From a bacterium (GTDB taxonomy: Bacteria > DRYD01), in contig JAOABG010000001.1 in assembly GCA_026418475.1 (NCBI GenBank), positions 7,342 through 71,341 of the forward strand: 64,000 nt of DNA. Reading direction: 5' to 3'. Below, one piece after another: positions 56,318-64,000 of the stretch. A program made the translations under genes and the position numbers. Under the pieces are notes generated by a model, which saw only the letters and a program-made list of their open reading frames with translations, did not search any database and was not told where the DNA came from. Positions within the stretch are counted from its first letter, which is position 1; every line of letters starts with the position of its first letter.

Positions 56318-56969
56318 CCCCATACATATCGGACATTTGACAGTGATAAACTATTCGGTGGAGAATTTGGAGCTTGATTTGTTATATGTTATTCCCAATA
56401 AATATCCTGTACATAAAAAGAGGAAATATGTTATTGACCCTTTGGTTAGGCTAAAAATGATAGAATTGAGTGTTAAAGAGATGATTTATAAAAATAGGAT
56501 AAAGGTTTCTGATTTTGAGGTAAAAAATAGTATGGATTCTTATACCTTTTTTACGGTTGACCATTTTCGTAATCTTCACCCTGCTGATGAGTTGTTTTTA
56601 ATTATCGGTATAGATAGTTTGATTTTATATTACTGGCATAATTTCGACCTTATATTTAAATTGGTGGATTTTTTTATTCTTATAAATACAATGTATGTAA
56701 AAGGTAGTGTTCTTGATTTTATAAGGCAAAAATTGGAGAAACTTAGTTTAGAAGATAAAGAACATAATAAGGATTTGTTAACTATAATAAATTATGGTAT
56801 GGAGAATTTGGATAAGAAATTTATTTTACTTGATATTCCTGTTATTTTGATTTCATCAAGTTTAATTTGGGAACGGTTAGAGAATAATAAATCCATAGAT
56901 TATTGGGTAAATGAGAAGGTTAAAAGGATTCTATATGAGTTCCGCTCTTTGGGCAAAAGCGGTATATAA
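56286..56969 (+). CDS. nadD: Nicotinate-nucleotide adenylyltransferase
   Basis: 'MRIGLYPGTFNPIHIGHL' (H/T-x-G-H motif) at the N-terminus. Confidence 0.8.
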   Translation: MRIGLYPGTFNPIHIGHLTVINYSVENLELDLLYVIPNKYPVHKKRKYVIDPLVRLKMIELSVKEMIYKNRIKVSDFEVKNSMDSYTFFTVDHFRNLHPADELFLIIGIDSLILYYWHNFDLIFKLVDFFILINTMYVKGSVLDFIRQKLEKLSLEDKEHNKDLLTIINYGMENLDKKFILLDIPVILISSSLIWERLENNKSIDYWVNEKVKRILYEFRSLGKSGI

Positions 56970-56992
56970 AATGCCCAGAAATTGAAAATCCT

Positions 56993-58054
56993 ATGAATAT
57001 ACTTGATAAAATATTAACAATGGTTTTTCAACAGAATGCTGAAAATCTCTTTTTGATAGAAGATGTACCTCCTTTTCTTAAATATAAGGATCAGCGTACT
57101 AAAAATATCATAGATGATAAAATAGATAAGGAGAAAATTGATGAGATATTGAAAATTTTTATGACAGAAAAGGAGCGTTTGGAACTTAAAAAAAATGGTT
57201 ACTGGGTTGGAAATTACACTACTTCTACTGGTTTACCTTTCATGGCTATAGTTTTTTATCAGAAAGGTAAATTGGCTGTTATATTTTTCCCATCTACTGT
57301 TGAGTCGATTAGGTTGGAGAATTTGGAACTTCCCCCACAATATGTTGATGCTTTGAATAAAAATAAAGGACTGATAATAATAGCAGGGCCTAAGAAAAGC
57401 GGGAAAACAACTATTTTTAACTCCTCTATAGAATATATACTAGATAATAGGGCTGTTTTGCTTGCTACAGTTGAAGACTTCATAGAAAAAGAATTTTATA
57501 AGTCAAAGGGAATAGTGTATCAATTTGTTGTTGGCAAAGATTATTCTACTGTTAGAGATGTTTTGTCGATAATCAGGAGGTTGAAACCCGATGTTGTTGC
57601 TATCCAAGAAATAATAAACTATGAATATTTGGAAATTGCTTTGGATTTATCATTGAGTGGATTGTTGGTTATTTGTACTATCAATGCAGATGGAATAATT
57701 TCTGTTTTTGAAAAGATTTCAGGTATGTCTGGTGATCAAAAACAGAACGTTTTTAGATACTTATCTATGGTGTTGGAAACAGTTATTTCTGGTAATCTGT
57801 TTACTACGACGGATGGGAATTTAAAGTATGTTTATGATTTTTATTTCAATGATCCTGAATTTGTGAAATTTTTGTCTCAAGGTGATATAAATGAGGTTTA
57901 TTTAAGGATGGTCGAAAAGAGGGAAAAGGGTTATAGAGTTCAGGAGTATACTCTCAAGGCGCTTGTAAAGAAAGGTCTCATAAAGGAAGAAGAAGCTCTC
58001 TTGAAAGCTTCTAGGGGTAATGACTTTAAGAGAATACTTGCCAGTCCTTATTAG
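56993..58054 (+). CDS. PilT-family ATPase paralog with a degenerate active site (His box lost)
   Basis: PilT-N-like 'ENLFLIEDVPPFLKYKDQ'. Walker A variant 'GPKKSGKTT'. 'DVVAIQEI' keeps the Glu but lacks the Arg/Asp. 'GLLVICTINA' replaces the His box GHxVxxTLHx (compare the intact PilT at 11523..12602). Confidence 0.55.
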   Translation: MNILDKILTMVFQQNAENLFLIEDVPPFLKYKDQRTKNIIDDKIDKEKIDEILKIFMTEKERLELKKNGYWVGNYTTSTGLPFMAIVFYQKGKLAVIFFPSTVESIRLENLELPPQYVDALNKNKGLIIIAGPKKSGKTTIFNSSIEYILDNRAVLLATVEDFIEKEFYKSKGIVYQFVVGKDYSTVRDVLSIIRRLKPDVVAIQEIINYEYLEIALDLSLSGLLVICTINADGIISVFEKISGMSGDQKQNVFRYLSMVLETVISGNLFTTTDGNLKYVYDFYFNDPEFVKFLSQGDINEVYLRMVEKREKGYRVQEYTLKALVKKGLIKEEEALLKASRGNDFKRILASPY

Positions 58055-58068
58055 GGGGTGATTTTTCA

Positions 58069-58734
58069 ATGTTTTTTATTCCCTTCATCTTATTGATTGC
58101 TATAGTTGGATTATCGTATTTTTTGAGTAATTCTCCTAATTCTCTAATTTGGACTTATCTTATTATTTCTGTTGGTTCTTCTTTACTGTTGTTTGTTTTG
58201 TTATTTGTAGGTATGATAGGTTTTGATGGAGGAGGTGGCCATTCTGACGTGGGTTCTGCTGATGGTGGTGATGTTGGTGCTCATCATGTTGATGCCAGTG
58301 CTGCTGATCCTGCTGGAGGTCCGCCACCTTTTATTCTTTCACCATCAACATTTTTGATAATTTCTGCTTTATTTGGAGCTTTTGGAATAATTACTTTTAA
58401 TCTTTTATCTTTTTTGCCTGCCAAAGTTAGGGATTTTTCTTCTATCATTCTGTCTGCTGTACTTTCTGGAACAACATATATTTATGTAATAAGAATGATA
58501 TTAAAATTTTTAAAGACTTATAGTATGGTAAAGACTACTTATTATTATGAAGGTAAAGAAGCAGAGGTATTATATGATATCCCTGAGGATGGTTTTGGTA
58601 AAATAAACATTCGTACTGATGATAAAATGGAACAACTTTTGGCAAAGAGTGAAGATGGATCACCTATACCTGCAGGGACGGTTGTGAAGGTAAAAAAACA
58701 CATGGGAACTTTTGTAATAGTTGAAAGGGTGTAA
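58069..58734 (+). CDS. NfeD-like membrane protein (short form, C-terminal OB-fold) with a Gly/Asp/Ala-rich linker
   Basis: TM helices, a 'GGGGHSDVGSADGGDVGAHHVDASAADPAGGPPP' linker, more TM, then a C-terminal beta-rich 'EAEVLYDIPEDGFGKINIRTDD...GTVVKVKK..GTFVIVERV'. Confidence 0.5.
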   Translation: MFFIPFILLIAIVGLSYFLSNSPNSLIWTYLIISVGSSLLLFVLLFVGMIGFDGGGGHSDVGSADGGDVGAHHVDASAADPAGGPPPFILSPSTFLIISALFGAFGIITFNLLSFLPAKVRDFSSIILSAVLSGTTYIYVIRMILKFLKTYSMVKTTYYYEGKEAEVLYDIPEDGFGKINIRTDDKMEQLLAKSEDGSPIPAGTVVKVKKHMGTFVIVERV

Positions 58735-58745
58735 GGAGGAATATT

Positions 58746-59855
58746 ATGATTAAGAGAAGGGTATCTAAAAATGTTAAAATTGGTAATGTTCCAATAGGTG
58801 GTGGTAACCCAATAGTGGTCCAGAGTATGGTTAAGTGTCCAACTACTGATGTGGAGGAAGTTCTCAATCAGCTGAGAGTAGCTAAATCTGCTGGTGCTAA
58901 AGTTATGAGGTTGGCTGTTCCTGATAAAGATGCAGCTTTGGCCCTGAAGGAAATAGTAAAGAGGTCTCCTTTACCACTGGTTGCAGATATACATTTTGAT
59001 TATAAGTTAGCTTTGATGGCTGTTGAAGCTGGGATTAATGCTTTGAGAATTAATCCGGGAAATATTCTTGATTCTCCACAAGGTAATATTTCAAGATATG
59101 AAAAACTTGATAAAGTTGTTAGTGCTGCAAAGTCAAGGGGAATACCTATTAGAATAGGGGTTAATAGTGGATCTTTACATCCAAAATATTTAGAGAAGTA
59201 TGGTTACCCTACTTATGAAGCGTTAGTTGAATGTGCTGTTGATGAGGTGCAGATTCTGGAAAATATGGGATTTTATGATATAAAAATTTCTGTTAAGAGT
59301 AGTAATGTTGAGGACATGATTTCAGCTTATATGCTTTTGGCTGAGAAAGTTCCTTACCCTCTGCATTTGGGTGTCACGGAATCGGGCAGTGGGCTGAGTG
59401 GTTATGTTAAAAGTTCTGTTGGAATAGGTACACTTCTGTATCATGGTATAGGTGATACCATAAGGGTTTCCTTAACTTCAACTGTTGAAGATGAAATAAA
59501 AGTTGGATTCGAGATATTAAAATCTTTGGGTTATGAGAAAAGGGGTGTTGAACTTATAAGCTGCCCTACTTGCGGAAGAATAGAAGTGGATTTGTTTGAT
59601 TTGGTTGAAAAAGTTAAGAAAGAAGTGGAAAATGTTAAGGAAAACATTACTGTTGCTGTTATGGGTTGTGTTGTTAATGGCCCTGGCGAAGCAAGAAAAG
59701 CTGATATAGCTGTTGTTGGTGGTAAAGGTAAAGGAATAATATATAGAAAAGGGAAAATGGTGAAAGTTGCACCTGAAAACCAAATAATAGAAGCTTTTAA
59801 GGAAGTACTGAATGACGTTATAAAAGAAAGTCAGAGTGTTAAAGTGGGTGATTAG
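58746..59855 (+). CDS. ispG: 4-hydroxy-3-methylbut-2-enyl diphosphate synthase
   Basis: 'VKIGNVPIGGGNPIVVQSM', 'RINPGN', C-terminal 'CPTCGR' [4Fe-4S] cysteines. Confidence 0.85.
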   Translation: MIKRRVSKNVKIGNVPIGGGNPIVVQSMVKCPTTDVEEVLNQLRVAKSAGAKVMRLAVPDKDAALALKEIVKRSPLPLVADIHFDYKLALMAVEAGINALRINPGNILDSPQGNISRYEKLDKVVSAAKSRGIPIRIGVNSGSLHPKYLEKYGYPTYEALVECAVDEVQILENMGFYDIKISVKSSNVEDMISAYMLLAEKVPYPLHLGVTESGSGLSGYVKSSVGIGTLLYHGIGDTIRVSLTSTVEDEIKVGFEILKSLGYEKRGVELISCPTCGRIEVDLFDLVEKVKKEVENVKENITVAVMGCVVNGPGEARKADIAVVGGKGKGIIYRKGKMVKVAPENQIIEAFKEVLNDVIKESQSVKVGD

Positions 59856-59858
59856 AAT

Positions 59859-60164
59859 ATGAGTTATTTGGCTTTATTGAGTATAACACCAATAGGTAAA
59901 GGAGAAAGTGTATCCAAAGATGTTGCCAAAGCATTTAGAATTGTTAAGGATTCCGGATTAAAATATCAATTGACGTCAATGGGGACAGTAGTCGAGGCTG
60001 ATGACTTAAAAAAGATTTTTGATGTTATTGGAAAAGCTATAGAAGAAGTACAGAAAGAAAACAATAGAGTTAGTGTATTAATTAAAATGGATTGTAGAAA
60101 AAATAGAAAGAATGCTATAACATATAAAGTTGAAAGTGTATTAGAAAAAATAGGTGATACGTAA
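59859..60164 (+). CDS. MTH1187/YkoF-family (DUF77) small protein
   Basis: 101 aa; 'LSITPIGKGESVSKDVAKAFRIV...QLTSMGTVVEADDLKKIFDVIGKAIEEV'. Confidence 0.55.
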   Translation: MSYLALLSITPIGKGESVSKDVAKAFRIVKDSGLKYQLTSMGTVVEADDLKKIFDVIGKAIEEVQKENNRVSVLIKMDCRKNRKNAITYKVESVLEKIGDT

Positions 60165-63087
60165 TAATTTTTTAAATTTTTATTTTTTTAATTTTTTAAG
60201 TTTTTTAAGAATCTTTAATATAGATATTTTATTGATTTATATTTTATTGGTTTATATTTTTTTTTTACCATTAAAGGGTCATGTTATTGGTTCAGCTGAT
60301 AGTTATAATCAGTTTTTGCCGTTACGTGTTTTTTATAGCCATGTTTTAAAGGACGGAGAATTCCCTCTTTGGTATCCTTATCAGGCTCTGGGTTTACCAT
60401 TTTTGGGTATAGTCCAGACGGGTGCTCTTTACCCTTTAAATTTATTTTTGTACAAATTTTTTGATCCTTATTGGGCTTATAATATAAACATTTTTATTCA
60501 TTTTGTTTTGGCTCAGTTTTTTGCTTTCCTTTACGCTGATTATATTTATAAAAAGATAGGATTGGGTAGGGTTTTTTCTTTTTTTAGTGGTTTTATTTTT
60601 GGTTTAAGTGGGTTTGTGGTTTCTCATGTTGATTTTGTTCCTCTTCAAAATTCTGTACCTTACCTGCCTTTGAGCTTGTTATTTTTGAATAAACTGGTAG
60701 ATAATTGGAAGGGGTTTAAAGATAGCTTGAGGGTAAATTTTGTTTGGATTTGGGGGTTGTCTATTTGTTTAGGATATCAGTTTTTAGCAGGCTACCCACA
60801 AGCTTTTTTATATACTTTTATTTTCCTTTTTTTGTTTTTGTTATTTTCGAATTACAGGTTATTATGGGTTCTTTTTTTGAGTTTGGTATTGAGTGTTCCA
60901 ATGATTTTTCTTTTTGCTTATGAAGTTTTAAGTTTATCCAACATTTCCGTTAGGAGCCATATAAATTTTGAGACTTATAATCAGGGTTCTTTACCAATTT
61001 ATGCTTTATTGAATCAAGTTATTCCCTTTATTTTTGGTGGTAGTGTTAATAATCCTAATTATTATGGTCCTTCAACTGGAACAATATCTTTTGAATTTAT
61101 ATCTTATATTTCTTTATTGGCTTTACCACTGACGGTTTTTTGTTATGTAAAGGTTGTTTTTAATAATCACTTAAGGGGCTATTTGGGAATATTGGCTTTG
61201 TTGGGAATAATTGTTTTTGTTTTGGCACTGGGAAAATATAATTTGATTCTTCATTATTTGTTATTTGATATTCCTTTTTACTCTAAAGTTAGAATAGTTG
61301 CTCGCCATTTAATGGAACTTAATTTGATACAAGCTGTTTTTATTCCCGTTTCTATTAATTACATTCTTGGTAATCTAAGGGAGTTTTTCAGATTTATTAA
61401 AATAGCTTTTTTTACATATGTTTTTATATTTTTTTCGTCTACTTGGTTTTTTACCAATCCTGAGGTTGGAAAGAATTTATCTAAATTAACGATTAATAGC
61501 TATGATTTATATTTCCCACTTGTTTTAGGTATTTTATCTTTTATGATAATCATTTTCTATAATTTCTTTAGGAATTTTGTGACATTTTTTCTGATTAAGA
61601 AAACTGACATTGTAATTATTTTATTTACTATTTTCTTCTTAGACAGTTGGTTTACTTTTTATAATATAAATCCTTCTTATGCTTCAGGATGGTGGGGGAA
61701 AAGAGAAAATATAGAGAGCTATTTGAAGCATATTGAAAAGTTGGATTCTAACTACAGGATTTGTTATTTTACGGGTTTTCCTCTGCTTTTCCCAGGTGTT
61801 AAGAATAAATCTATGCTTAATTATTATGAACCTGTTATTCCTTTTGACTTTGTACAATTTTTTAATATTTGGATGAATGGTAGCTTTATTCATCCTCATG
61901 ATTATTTTTTAATAGTGAATAATTCTATTTTAACTGCCTTTTCAGTTAAATATTTGTTTATTAATCAAGAATTTAATAGAAATTATAATAAATATATTTC
62001 CGTTAATTCTTTGAGATCTTTTGATTTTAGATCTATTGACTATCAAACTTTGGATTTTAGTAATATTAAAGAAAGCTTTAAAGATTTGAAAGACTCCCAA
62101 AGTGTTAAGTTTGATTTTATTAATGATACTTTTTCTTTAAGGAATAATTCTAAATTGATTGTAAGTTTTAGGACGGGTGTGCAAAATAGAATTTTTGTTA
62201 TCTGTTTTAGGGCTAAAGTAAGCAAGGTAGGGTTAATGTATAAATATAGAAAATTAATTTTTAGTCTAACTGATGGTTTGGGAATTGAATTAAAAGATAG
62301 GAATAATAATTCTCTTTCATATTATTTTGTAAATGATTACTATCTGGGTAAGGATGAATGGGTTTACTGTTTAGTGCCAATGCTAATTAATACTGATAGT
62401 GATAATGATTTTATTAGTTTAAGACTTTATATATATCCTCTTAATAGTTTCACAAAGATTTATGAAATAAAGGATTTGAGAGTTTTTTCTTTTCCTTTAA
62501 AAGCTCCAAATTTTGTTGACAATACTATTAGGGATGCATATGTATATAGTAATAGTTTTATGAATGGTGATCTATATATTAATTATCAAGCTTTGCCTAT
62601 GGTTTTTTCTCCAGAGAAATTAATTTTCTGTAGAAGTATAGATGAAATTAAATATTATTTCTGGACTTTAAAATTTAATCCTATTGATACTGCTTTAATT
62701 AGTGGGATTGATAAATTGATATTTGACAAGAGTTTTTCTAAACCTTTTTCTAAGGCCAAAGTGGAAATTGTTAATAAAAAATCCAATTATGTAAGTGTTT
62801 TATATGAATCTGAAGGTGATAGTTTAATAGTTTTTAACGATATGTATTACAGAGGATGGAAAGCTCAATTGAATGGTCAAAATTTGACTATTTTTAGGAT
62901 CAATGGATTTTCTAAAGGTGTGGTGGTTAGTAAAGGTAAGGGAGAGATAAGATTTTATTATGAACCTTTCCCTTTGTGGGTTTTAAGTGTTAATATAATA
63001 CTTATTTATTTGTATTTAGTAATTTTTGTTATACTCTTTTGGCTCCGGCGTAATGTTGAGCGTAATAAGCTTCAGAGAGATTACTGA
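60154..63087 (+). CDS. YfhO-family large polytopic membrane protein (putative glycosyl-transfer/envelope biogenesis)
   Basis: ~977 aa, >12 TM with a large C-terminal extracytoplasmic domain. The N-terminal region 'GSADSYNQFLPLRVFYSHVLKDGEFPLWYPYQALGLPFLG' resembles the YfhO consensus. The start is uncertain: there is no ATG, and the frame runs through an A/T repeat tract. Confidence 0.55.
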   Translation: MIRNNFLNFYFFNFLSFLRIFNIDILLIYILLVYIFFLPLKGHVIGSADSYNQFLPLRVFYSHVLKDGEFPLWYPYQALGLPFLGIVQTGALYPLNLFLYKFFDPYWAYNINIFIHFVLAQFFAFLYADYIYKKIGLGRVFSFFSGFIFGLSGFVVSHVDFVPLQNSVPYLPLSLLFLNKLVDNWKGFKDSLRVNFVWIWGLSICLGYQFLAGYPQAFLYTFIFLFLFLLFSNYRLLWVLFLSLVLSVPMIFLFAYEVLSLSNISVRSHINFETYNQGSLPIYALLNQVIPFIFGGSVNNPNYYGPSTGTISFEFISYISLLALPLTVFCYVKVVFNNHLRGYLGILALLGIIVFVLALGKYNLILHYLLFDIPFYSKVRIVARHLMELNLIQAVFIPVSINYILGNLREFFRFIKIAFFTYVFIFFSSTWFFTNPEVGKNLSKLTINSYDLYFPLVLGILSFMIIIFYNFFRNFVTFFLIKKTDIVIILFTIFFLDSWFTFYNINPSYASGWWGKRENIESYLKHIEKLDSNYRICYFTGFPLLFPGVKNKSMLNYYEPVIPFDFVQFFNIWMNGSFIHPHDYFLIVNNSILTAFSVKYLFINQEFNRNYNKYISVNSLRSFDFRSIDYQTLDFSNIKESFKDLKDSQSVKFDFINDTFSLRNNSKLIVSFRTGVQNRIFVICFRAKVSKVGLMYKYRKLIFSLTDGLGIELKDRNNNSLSYYFVNDYYLGKDEWVYCLVPMLINTDSDNDFISLRLYIYPLNSFTKIYEIKDLRVFSFPLKAPNFVDNTIRDAYVYSNSFMNGDLYINYQALPMVFSPEKLIFCRSIDEIKYYFWTLKFNPIDTALISGIDKLIFDKSFSKPFSKAKVEIVNKKSNYVSVLYESEGDSLIVFNDMYYRGWKAQLNGQNLTIFRINGFSKGVVVSKGKGEIRFYYEPFPLWVLSVNIILIYLYLVIFVILFWLRRNVERNKLQRDY
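60227..60258. repeat. A/T-rich imperfect direct repeat (ATTTTATTG[A/G]TTTAT x2) at the 5' end of the YfhO frame
   Basis: Read from the sequence; lies within an ~80-nt >90% AT tract. Confidence 0.4.
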
Positions 63088-63967
63088 CTATTACTCCTTT
63101 TTTACTATTTGCTGCGTGGACAAATTTACCATTTCCTATGTATATTCCGACATGTGATATTCCTGGTTTGTAGGTGTTTGCAAAAAATACCAGATCTCCT
63201 GCTTGTAATTGATTTCTTGGTACTGGAGTTCCTATTCTGAATTGTTGGTCTGCTGTTCTGGGTAAATTCCTACCACATCTTTTGAAAGCCCATTGCACGA
63301 GTCCTGAACAATCAAAGGCATTTGGCCCTTCTGCACCAAATATATATGGCTTTCCTACTTGTTGGAGTGCAAGATTGACAACGCTCCCATTTCCTCCCTG
63401 TAATTCTTCTCCTTGTTGTGGACCTATTCCCGGTTTTTGTTGTATACCTGGAATAGAGTTATTGGGATTTGGGAATCCAAATGGTGATAGGCCACCACCA
63501 AATGGTGTTCCACCTCCGAAGGGTACACAGCTGCCAAATGGTGTTCCACCTCCGAAAGGTGCACAGCCACCAAATGGTATTCCACCCCCGAAAGGCAAAC
63601 CACCACCAAATGGAATTCCACCTCCAAATGGTACTCCACCAAAATTATTGTTTTGATTCTGAGAAGCTATTAGTATTAGTAATAAAAATAGTAGATTGAT
63701 TAGCATTTGGTTATTAATATTCTGGTTGTTATTTTGAGGAAATCCTATGGAGAGTGGGTTTGAACTTAGCAGTCCTCCTATCATTCCACCTAATAACCCT
63801 CCGACTAGACCATTTATCAGAGGATTAACATTATTCAAATTTGAAATATTTAGATTATCATTTATATTGTAAGAAAAGCTTTGATAGTTTATTTGGGAAA
63901 TGGGTATTGGTGTTGATGATATTGAGGATTGCCTAAAACTAAAGTTTATATTGCTTATACCCCACAT
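63029..63967 (-). CDS. NlpC/P60 (C40) cell-wall peptidase with N-terminal signal, Asn/Gly-rich region and tandem GG(I/L/T)PFGG repeats
   Basis: Catalytic 'DCSGLVQWAF...HVGIYIGNGKFVHAA' (Cys-His). Repeats 'GGVPFGGGIPFGGGLPFGGGIPFGGCAPFGGGTPFGSCVPFGGGTPFGGG' (~63470-63650). The 3' end overlaps the YfhO 3' end by 59 nt (convergent). Confidence 0.75.
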   Translation of the reverse strand: MWGISNINFSFRQSSISSTPIPISQINYQSFSYNINDNLNISNLNNVNPLINGLVGGLLGGMIGGLLSSNPLSIGFPQNNNQNINNQMLINLLFLLLILIASQNQNNNFGGVPFGGGIPFGGGLPFGGGIPFGGCAPFGGGTPFGSCVPFGGGTPFGGGLSPFGFPNPNNSIPGIQQKPGIGPQQGEELQGGNGSVVNLALQQVGKPYIFGAEGPNAFDCSGLVQWAFKRCGRNLPRTADQQFRIGTPVPRNQLQAGDLVFFANTYKPGISHVGIYIGNGKFVHAANSKKGVIVSNLSEAYYAQHYAGAKRV

Positions 63968-64000
63968 AATTTAACCTCCTTTTCAAATAGAACTATCTTT

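Noticed and set aside
63282-63699. Pro-rich (PPNGVPPPKG...) and His-rich ORFs on the plus strand
   Set aside because: Complement of the GGxPFGG repeat DNA in the NlpC/P60 gene. A repeat artefact, not a separate gene.
1-64000. Mobile elements or prophage (integrases, transposases, terminal inverted repeats)
   Set aside because: No recombinase, transposase or phage structural gene was recognised in any frame. Composition is uniform across the window.

Overview
This is a 64-kb window of an AT-rich bacterial chromosome (roughly 30% GC, my estimate). The structured RNAs (the 5S rRNA and a tRNA-Leu) are GC-rich against this background, TTG/GTG starts are frequent, and genes are packed with 1–60 nt overlaps. 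That picture fits a thermophile; a Thermotogota-like lineage is my guess, not established.

Most of the window is core housekeeping:
- Translation and RNA: serS, rsmI, rluA-family, trmD, rtcB, a circularly permuted GTPase, a Trm112-like gene and an RRM protein.
- Envelope and secretion: ddl, a GT4 glycosyltransferase, wecB, tlyA, rodA/ftsW-family, a YfhO-family protein, an NlpC/P60 peptidase, secD and an OPT-family transporter.
- Metabolism: rpe, coaE, fabG, ispG, eno, nadD, cdd, an orphan sucC, an orphan alpha-gamma 2-oxoacid:ferredoxin oxidoreductase subunit, cydAB, and a fused hemA-hemC.
- Replication and transcription: dnaG-sigA, recO-like.
- Others: a flotillin and a separate NfeD-like gene; pilT next to an HD-GYP protein; a second, degenerate pilT paralog; and a YtxH/DUF948/STAS stress cluster.

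There are no CRISPR arrays, transposases, integrases or recognisable defence systems.

The least explained parts are:
- A minus-strand module at the window start: a 982-aa protein with a PilX-N-like leader followed by two paralogous Lys/Asn/Gly-rich repeat proteins.
- An orphan 5S rRNA gene followed directly by a membrane-anchored protein and a tandem array of three paralogous polytopic membrane-protein genes. Their start codons vary (CTG/ATG/GTG) and two copies are frame-disrupted. I do not recognise the family.
- Several metabolic genes present without their usual partner subunits.
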